Source: Candidatus Omnitrophota bacterium (GTDB lineage Bacteria; Omnitrophota; Gorgyraeia; 2-01-FULL-45-10). From it: a stretch of DNA of 64,000 nt. The stretch lies in NCBI GenBank assembly GCA_903843285.1, contig CAIMPC010000039.1, positions 44,886 through 108,885 on the forward strand, given 5' to 3'. Numbering within the stretch: the stretch's first letter is position 1; each line of letters begins with the position of its first letter. The position numbers and the translations under genes are program-made. The notes beneath the pieces are model-generated. The model was not told where the DNA came from, made no database searches, and saw nothing but the letters and a program-made list of their open reading frames with translations. This document shows, piece by piece, positions 58,221-64,000 of this stretch.

Positions 58221-59831
58221 ATGAACTTAAAAAAGATTCGGATAGCCATTGTTCTGTCACTTGTGCTTGCCGGGATCGTTTTGTGCAGAGAGTCCGCGGC
58301 TTCGGAAATTGTAAATGGAGTCCTCCCAAAAACCGATGACAAGGTTTCAATGGATTTTGAAAGCGCCGATCTGAAGAGCGTCCTGAAGGCATTTTCCATG
58401 CAGACGGGAATAAACTTTATCGCAAGCGATGTTATCGAGAACAAAAAAGTAACGGTATTTTTAAGCAGAGTTTCTATCAAATTGGCTTTAGCCTCCATAC
58501 TGGAGGCCAACGGCCTTCTCTACGAGATGCAGGGCGATAACGTGTATCTGATAAAACCGAACGGCCAGGCTCTTACGAAGATGGTAACGAAAATATTTAA
58601 GTTAAATTATCTTCAAGTCTCTTCAATGGCATTAGCTAAAGACCCGATGAGCGGATCCAGTAATGTGACGATCATAGGGTCAGCCTCCGCAGTCGCTGCC
58701 CCGCCAGCTTCCAAGGGCCCGGCAGGAGCAACTAATTCCAATATAGTAAATATTATCCAGAGCCTTATGACATCTTCCGGCAAGATCGTGGCCGACATAC
58801 GTAATAACAGCCTTGTCATAACGGACTCACCCAGTATCTTCCCGACGATAGAAGCGACATTAAAGAAGCTCGACGTCGAGCCTGTACAGATAATGATCAC
58901 CGCGGAGATAATCGAGACATCGACCACGGCCCTTAAAAGGATCGGGCTCGAGTACGGCGGAGAAGACAGCATTATTACCGCCACATATACGGCCGCGACT
59001 TTGCCTACTGGAATTCCTTTCACCGAAAGTTTTATAAAAGATACATATGGTCAAAATTTGCTTAACACAGGCAATCCCGCCAGCATTCCGGCTTTCCAAT
59101 ATGGAACTTTATCGCTGGGAAACACTCAGATAGTGCTGAAGCTGTTGGCTACCGATAGCGATACAAAATACCTGTCCCGGCCCAATATAATGACACTGAA
59201 TAATGAGACGGCGATAATAAAAGTATCGGCCAACACCGCCATAGGTATAAACGAAACCATAGCGACAGCGCCGGCCTTAAATACGCAGACTGCCGAGAGG
59301 GCGGAGACGGGAGTGGTATTAAAAGTAACTCCGCAGGTAAATGATAGCGGAGACATATTTATGTATCTCGAGCCGTCTGTTTCGAGGACCGTGCAGTCAC
59401 TGCTATCGGTTAGATTTCTTGACCCGAGTTATAGAAGCTCCTCCTGCACGCTCATGGTGAGGGACTTGGAAACCGTAGTGGTGTCGGGCCTTATACAGAA
59501 AAATATTACAAAATCGGTAAGGAAAGTGCCGATATTGGGTGATATTCCCGGCGTAGGCGAGGCATTTAAATCAAATTATGACAGAGTAGAAGATACAGAG
59601 ATTATCATATTTATAACGCCGCATATCGTGAAGAGGAGAGACTCGGAATATGTCACTCCGGCGCAGATGACCGAGCGTGAACACGTAATGCAAAAAACGC
59701 TCTCAGAGTATATCCCAAAACCGCAGAAAAAAGAGAAGATTGCTCAGGATGAGGAGAGCGTAAGAGCCCTTACCCTGCGTAAGTACAGCACGAACATCCA
59801 GCCGGCCCGAAAGATAGGATCTGGTAAATGA
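58221..59831 (+). CDS. pilQ: type IV pilus secretin
   Basis: Signal peptide, N-domains, secretin core (VLKVTPQVNDSGDIFMYLEPSVS; ETVVVSGLIQKN...VPILGDIPGVGEAF...IIIFITPHIV). Confidence 0.85.
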   Translation: MNLKKIRIAIVLSLVLAGIVLCRESAASEIVNGVLPKTDDKVSMDFESADLKSVLKAFSMQTGINFIASDVIENKKVTVFLSRVSIKLALASILEANGLLYEMQGDNVYLIKPNGQALTKMVTKIFKLNYLQVSSMALAKDPMSGSSNVTIIGSASAVAAPPASKGPAGATNSNIVNIIQSLMTSSGKIVADIRNNSLVITDSPSIFPTIEATLKKLDVEPVQIMITAEIIETSTTALKRIGLEYGGEDSIITATYTAATLPTGIPFTESFIKDTYGQNLLNTGNPASIPAFQYGTLSLGNTQIVLKLLATDSDTKYLSRPNIMTLNNETAIIKVSANTAIGINETIATAPALNTQTAERAETGVVLKVTPQVNDSGDIFMYLEPSVSRTVQSLLSVRFLDPSYRSSSCTLMVRDLETVVVSGLIQKNITKSVRKVPILGDIPGVGEAFKSNYDRVEDTEIIIFITPHIVKRRDSEYVTPAQMTEREHVMQKTLSEYIPKPQKKEKIAQDEESVRALTLRKYSTNIQPARKIGSGK

Positions 59832-61540
59832 GCGATATGGAGAGAAGGAAGCTGGGGGATATGTTGTTGGACGCGAAGCTTATCACTAAAGAACAGCTTG
59901 AGGAGGGGCTCGCTCTGCGCGGAGAGGGCGAAGGCAATGATCCGATCGGGGAGGTATTGGTCAATATGGGGTATCTTTCCGAGGAGGGGCTCGCGCGCAC
60001 ACTTTCAAAGCAATTAAATACCAAGTATCTGTCTTTTGAAGCCGGAACCCTCGTTATTGAGTTTAATCAGAATTTAAGAAAGATTGTAAGTGAAGAATTT
60101 GCCAGAAAAAACAAGGTGCTTCCTTTGTCAAAGACATCGGATACCATATCCGTAGCTATGTGGAATCCGCTGGATTTTACCATTATAGATAACTTAAGGC
60201 GAATGTTGGGAAAAGACGTAGTGGTATATTGCAGTACAAAAAAAGATATTCTGGAAGGAATCAGGAGGCTTTACGTTATTCAGGGGCCGCCAACCGACGC
60301 GAATTCTTACGTCACATCGTTTCAGTCGGATGAAAAGGCTTCCGCGGCAGGTAGGGGTGAAACGGAAAAGCTCAAGCTAAGGGCTTCAGAACCGCCGGTA
60401 ATAAAGTTAGTCAACTCTATCGTGCATGGAGCTATAGAGGAGCTGGCCAGTGATATACATATAGAGCCGTATGAAGAGGGCTTTGATATACGATACAGAG
60501 TGGACGGCCTGCTATATAAGATAGACGCCCCGCCAAAGGATATGTATGCTCCGGTAGTATCAAGGATAAAGATAATGTCGCGGCTTGACATAGCTGAAAA
60601 TCGTCTGCCGCAGGACGGCGGTTTCATGATCAAGCTGGACAATCGAAGCGTCGATTTCCGAGTCTCGACTATCCCGACGATATACGGTGAAAAGATCGTT
60701 ATAAGGGTACTAGACAAAGAGAGCATGAATTTTAGCCTTTCTTCCATAGGAATGAGCGAAGAGAATTATTTAAAGGTCTCCGATGCTATAAGAAAGTCTT
60801 ACGGGCTCATATTTCTGACAGGGCCTACTGGATCGGGAAAGACGACGACTCTTTATTGTATTCTCAATGAGATCAAATCCCCACAAAAAAATGTCATAAC
60901 CATAGAGGACCCGGTCGAATATAGGATCGCAGGGGCAAATCAGGTGCAGGAGCTTCCGGCCATCGGCCTGACTTTCGCTCGCGGACTGCGTGCTTTCCTC
61001 AGGCAGGATCCCGATATAATAATGGTCGGAGAGGTCAGAGACTTTGAAACCGCTGAGATGTGCGTGCGTTCGGCGCTTATCGGCAGACTTGTGCTGAGCA
61101 CGCTCCATACGAACGACTCGGTCGGAGCTATTACAAGATTGGTCGATTTAGGTGTCGAACCATTTCTTGTCAGCTCTTCATTGGTAATGGTTATAGCGCA
61201 GAGGCTCATACGAAGGCTATGTCCAAATTGCAAAGAGCTCATAACAGTCGATAAAACCATAGTCGAAAAGCATTCTCTTGAAGGAGCTAAGATATATGGT
61301 CCGAAGGGATGTGATCTATGCCGCAACAGAGGTTTTGTCGGCAGGCTGGCTATATTTGAGATATTGATAGCGGACAAGGAGATACGGGATCTCATCGAAA
61401 GTAAGCGCGATATGGCTGTTATAAGAGAAGCTCTCGATAAAAAAGGAATGAAATCGTTAAGATATGATGCCATGGACAAGGTCAGGCAAGGACTGACTTC
61501 GATAGACGAGGCCATCCTCGCCACTGCGGAGGATGCATAG
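59828..61540 (+). CDS. pilB: type IV pilus assembly ATPase (GspE family)
   Basis: GSPII_E N-domain, Walker A GPTGSGKTTTLY, Asp box, His box, tetracysteine CPNC...CDLC. Confidence 0.9.
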   Translation: MSDMERRKLGDMLLDAKLITKEQLEEGLALRGEGEGNDPIGEVLVNMGYLSEEGLARTLSKQLNTKYLSFEAGTLVIEFNQNLRKIVSEEFARKNKVLPLSKTSDTISVAMWNPLDFTIIDNLRRMLGKDVVVYCSTKKDILEGIRRLYVIQGPPTDANSYVTSFQSDEKASAAGRGETEKLKLRASEPPVIKLVNSIVHGAIEELASDIHIEPYEEGFDIRYRVDGLLYKIDAPPKDMYAPVVSRIKIMSRLDIAENRLPQDGGFMIKLDNRSVDFRVSTIPTIYGEKIVIRVLDKESMNFSLSSIGMSEENYLKVSDAIRKSYGLIFLTGPTGSGKTTTLYCILNEIKSPQKNVITIEDPVEYRIAGANQVQELPAIGLTFARGLRAFLRQDPDIIMVGEVRDFETAEMCVRSALIGRLVLSTLHTNDSVGAITRLVDLGVEPFLVSSSLVMVIAQRLIRRLCPNCKELITVDKTIVEKHSLEGAKIYGPKGCDLCRNRGFVGRLAIFEILIADKEIRDLIESKRDMAVIREALDKKGMKSLRYDAMDKVRQGLTSIDEAILATAEDA

Positions 61541-62748
61541 TGCCATATTACACGTATGAAGGCCGCGATACCAAAGGCAAACTTGTACGCAATCAGGCCT
61601 TCGCGGTGACGCAGCAAAACTTAATCAGCAATCTTCAGAGCGCCGGAATCACAATCCTGTCTATTAAAAATGCGTCTGCCATTGGCGAGCAAAAGCAGAA
61701 GATGTATAAGAAGATAAGAAATAAGGACCTTGTACTGCTTGCCAAAGAGCTCGCTGTGCTTATGGAAAATGGCATACCCATGATAGAAGCTTTAGAGGTT
61801 ACTCTAAAGCAAATGACCAGCGAAAAGCTTGCAGGCGCTGTCCTGGCCATAAAAAAAGATCTTGAAAGCGGATTATCTATGCATGGTTCGCTGGCCAAGA
61901 TGCCGCATATATTCGGAGATCTATGGACATATCTCGTGGAAGCGGGCGAGGCGTCCGGTCAGATGCCGTTTGTTCTCAGGCATATCCAATTTTTACTCGA
62001 ATCGCGGGAGGATATACATAAAAAAACGATTAATGCCATGATATATCCCGCCTTACTGCTGGGAGCAACCGTGGTTGCGCTCATCATCTTCGCCTTCAAA
62101 ATAATACCTATGTTCAAAGGGATCTATGCATCGCTTGGGGCGGGTAAAGAACTTCCCATGGTGACCCGGGGCGTCCTTTTTTTTAGCGGATTTATAAAAA
62201 ATGAATTTTTGCTTATTACTTTTGGTATCGTGCTTATTGTTTTTTTCGCCAGACAGATCATGACGACAAGCTCGGGGCGGCGGGCATACGAAAAAATTCT
62301 TTTTTCTTCACCCGTTCTCGGTCAGTTGTGCATAGCGATCGTAGTGGAAAAATTCTCCACCGCCATTCAGGTTCTTTTAAAAAGCGGCATACCCATTATA
62401 AGATCGCTTGAAATGGCCGCTAATACTACCGAAAATCACTTATTCGCTGAAAAGATAGAAGAAGCAAAAGCAAAGGTCATTGCCGGACTGCCTCTGGCCG
62501 ACGCTCTGCAGTATACTGGAATCTTTCCACCTATAGCCATATCATTTATTCGGGTAGCTGAAAAGACCGGTAGTTACTCAGAGATGTTTGAGGAGGTTGC
62601 TAAGTACCACAAAGATATAGTGGAGACCTCCATAGTCAGGGTGATGGCGCTTATGGAACCGGTCATGCTTATCACGATGGGTTTAGTTATCGGCGTCATA
62701 GTAATAGCGATGTTCCTGCCGATATTTAGGCTGGCTAATTTAGGATAG
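61540..62748 (+). CDS. pilC: type IV pilus inner-membrane platform protein (GspF family)
   Basis: Two T2SSF repeats and three TM segments; 402 aa. Confidence 0.85.
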   Translation: MPYYTYEGRDTKGKLVRNQAFAVTQQNLISNLQSAGITILSIKNASAIGEQKQKMYKKIRNKDLVLLAKELAVLMENGIPMIEALEVTLKQMTSEKLAGAVLAIKKDLESGLSMHGSLAKMPHIFGDLWTYLVEAGEASGQMPFVLRHIQFLLESREDIHKKTINAMIYPALLLGATVVALIIFAFKIIPMFKGIYASLGAGKELPMVTRGVLFFSGFIKNEFLLITFGIVLIVFFARQIMTTSSGRRAYEKILFSSPVLGQLCIAIVVEKFSTAIQVLLKSGIPIIRSLEMAANTTENHLFAEKIEEAKAKVIAGLPLADALQYTGIFPPIAISFIRVAEKTGSYSEMFEEVAKYHKDIVETSIVRVMALMEPVMLITMGLVIGVIVIAMFLPIFRLANLG

Positions 62749-62916
62749 ACCTTCGAAAGTGGCGCGGAGTGAGTATTCCTCAGCAGTTCCGCCGTGGCGC
62801 GGATTTAGTAGAAAATAATCCCAAATTTTGATATCATAATATACCTTATGGTCTTCTTCGCTGTAATGGTAAGACCGTGATGAAGCTTCGAAGGACCTAT
62901 TCCTACGAAGAGACAG

Positions 62917-63051
62917 CTGAGAAATAAAACTTTCGTCATTCTGAGGGAGGCCATCGGCCGACCGAAGAATCTATTTACAGTTGAGATTCTTCACTTCGCC
63001 CTTCGGGCTTCGTTCAGAATGACGTGGAATTTGATATTTCGCAACAGTTCC
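62917..63051 (+). repeat. repeat family A copy with degenerate left outer terminal inverted repeat
   Basis: ...GAAATAAAACTTTCGTCATTCTGAGGGAGGCCATCGGCCGACCGAAGAATCTATTTACAGTTGAGATTCTTCACTTCGCCCTTCGGGCTTCGTTCAGAATGACGTGGAATTTGATATTTCGCAACAGTTCC. Confidence 0.75.
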
Positions 63052-63092
63052 GCGAAGGTACAATGTAGTTATATAACAGAAGGCGAAGTAGA

Positions 63093-64000
63093 ATGGATTT
63101 AAAAAAGACTCCTCTTATTAACGAGCATGAACGCCTGGGCGCAAAGCTTGCGCCGTTCGGCGGTTGGTTCATGCCAATACAGTACTCCGGAATCATATCA
63201 GAGCATAACTGGACACGCACAGAAGCCTCGATATTCGATATCTGCCACATGGGCGAGTTTATCATCTGCGCAGATGCCGATAAGAGCGGATTCAATAAGA
63301 TCGTAACATTTGATTTAAATGCTATTAAGCCGTTCGAGTGTCGATACGGTTTTATGCTTAATGATACCGGCGGCATCCTGGATGACATCATTGTATACAG
63401 GATAGCTGACAGGCGGTGGATGGTCGTGGCCAATGCCGCGACTATCGAAAGCGATGAGGCGCATTTCAGAAAGCACCTGGCGCCCGGCACTGATTTTAAG
63501 AATGTGTCGGCAATGTTGGGTAAGATAGATCTGCAAGGGCCAAAATCGTTAGATGTGATAAGGAGACTTGTAGCTCCCGGCGTGGCGGATCTCGGTTATT
63601 ATAAATTTGGCCATTTTGATTTGCTTGGAGAAAAGATTATTATCAGCAGGACGGGCTATACGGGTGAGCTGGGGTTCGAGATATATATATCGAACGATAA
63701 AGTAGCAGAGCTTTGGAATATATTGCTAAAAGATACTACGGTGAAACCTGCCGGCCTTGGCGCCAGAGATACTCTGCGGCTTGAGATGACCTACCCGTTG
63801 TACGGACAGGATATTACCACTGAAACGACGCCGATAGAGGCGGGTAAGGCAAGATTTGTAGATCTTAAGAAAGACTTTATAGGTAGGAGCGCTTTAATGA
63901 AAAATAGCGATCCGTCGAGGAGATTAATAAATTTTATTGCCAAGTCGCGTCGTGCGCCGAGGCATAATTACGGGATATTTTCAGGCGGTAAGCGAGTCGG
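63093..64000 (+). CDS. gcvT: glycine cleavage system T protein (aminomethyltransferase), 5' part; runs off the window
   Basis: MDLKKTPLINEHERLGAKLAPFGGWFMPIQYSGIISEHNWTRTEASIFDICHMGEF is the canonical GcvT N-terminus. No stop before the window end. Confidence 0.85.
   Translation, partial: MDLKKTPLINEHERLGAKLAPFGGWFMPIQYSGIISEHNWTRTEASIFDICHMGEFIICADADKSGFNKIVTFDLNAIKPFECRYGFMLNDTGGILDDIIVYRIADRRWMVVANAATIESDEAHFRKHLAPGTDFKNVSAMLGKIDLQGPKSLDVIRRLVAPGVADLGYYKFGHFDLLGEKIIISRTGYTGELGFEIYISNDKVAELWNILLKDTTVKPAGLGARDTLRLEMTYPLYGQDITTETTPIEAGKARFVDLKKDFIGRSALMKNSDPSRRLINFIAKSRRAPRHNYGIFSGGKRV

Noticed and set aside
164-61617. All minus-strand ORFs in the track (e.g. 340-741, 1729-2271, 10136-10774, 31757-32413, 44133-44543, 57170-57721, 60940-61617)
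   Set aside because: Each lies antisense to a + strand gene with strong family-level motifs. Their translations are low-complexity with no recognisable motifs. They are treated as shadow ORFs.
1-64000. CRISPR array
   Set aside because: The repeated elements are irregularly spaced (kilobases apart), long (85-170 bp) and carry terminal inverted repeats. No short direct repeats with uniform spacers and no cas genes are present.

Overview
This 64 kb window appears to come from an uncultivated Gram-negative (diderm) bacterium with roughly 45% GC; the diderm call rests on a complete Kdo/lipid A/heptosyltransferase locus and a type IV pilus secretin. The coding density is very high, and every credible gene (about 60) lies on the + strand. 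The minus-strand ORFs in the track are antisense shadows of these genes.

Gene content in order:
- ispD (3' end), ispF, cysE, cysS, tmk, holB, a PSP1/RicT protein and metG.
- A TatD hydrolase fused to a radical SAM domain, followed by a CPBP intramembrane protease and a DUF362/4Fe-4S protein.
- A lipoprotein, then mtnA, thiL, tsaE, tsaB and alr.
- A roughly 635-aa orphan secreted protein with no recognisable domain.
- ilvD, ilvB, ilvN, ilvC and leuA.
- aroE, pilD, aroC and aroK, then dprA, topA and xerC.
- A large LPS core/lipid A locus: waaA, lpxK, an LpxL acyltransferase fused to an ELM1-like domain, a GT4-GT9 fusion, a GT4, a CE4 deacetylase and three GT9 paralogs.
- ychF, a deoxyhypusine-synthase-like protein, the hldE kinase domain and kdsB/kdsA/kdsD/kdsC.
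- cbiM with a small partner gene.
- A complete type IV pilus cluster: major pilin, three minor pilins (one PilX-like), a PilM-PilN fusion, PilO, PilP, the secretin PilQ, PilB and PilC.
- The 5' part of gcvT at the window edge.

I found no rRNA, tRNA or CRISPR array.

The most unusual sequence-level signal is two families of miniature inverted-repeat elements. Family A has a GTCATTCTGAGG...TCAGAATGAC core and seven copies. One copy is a 168-bp in-frame insertion in the zinc-finger loop of holB, and the reading frame stays open through it. Family B has four copies, each placed immediately after a stop codon and sharing an ATAAAATTTCGAT hairpin module. One of these is an inverted copy with perfect 23-bp terminal inverted repeats.

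Candidate undescribed systems are the TatD-radical-SAM / CPBP protease / DUF362-ferredoxin operon and the orphan secreted protein inserted between alr and ilvD.
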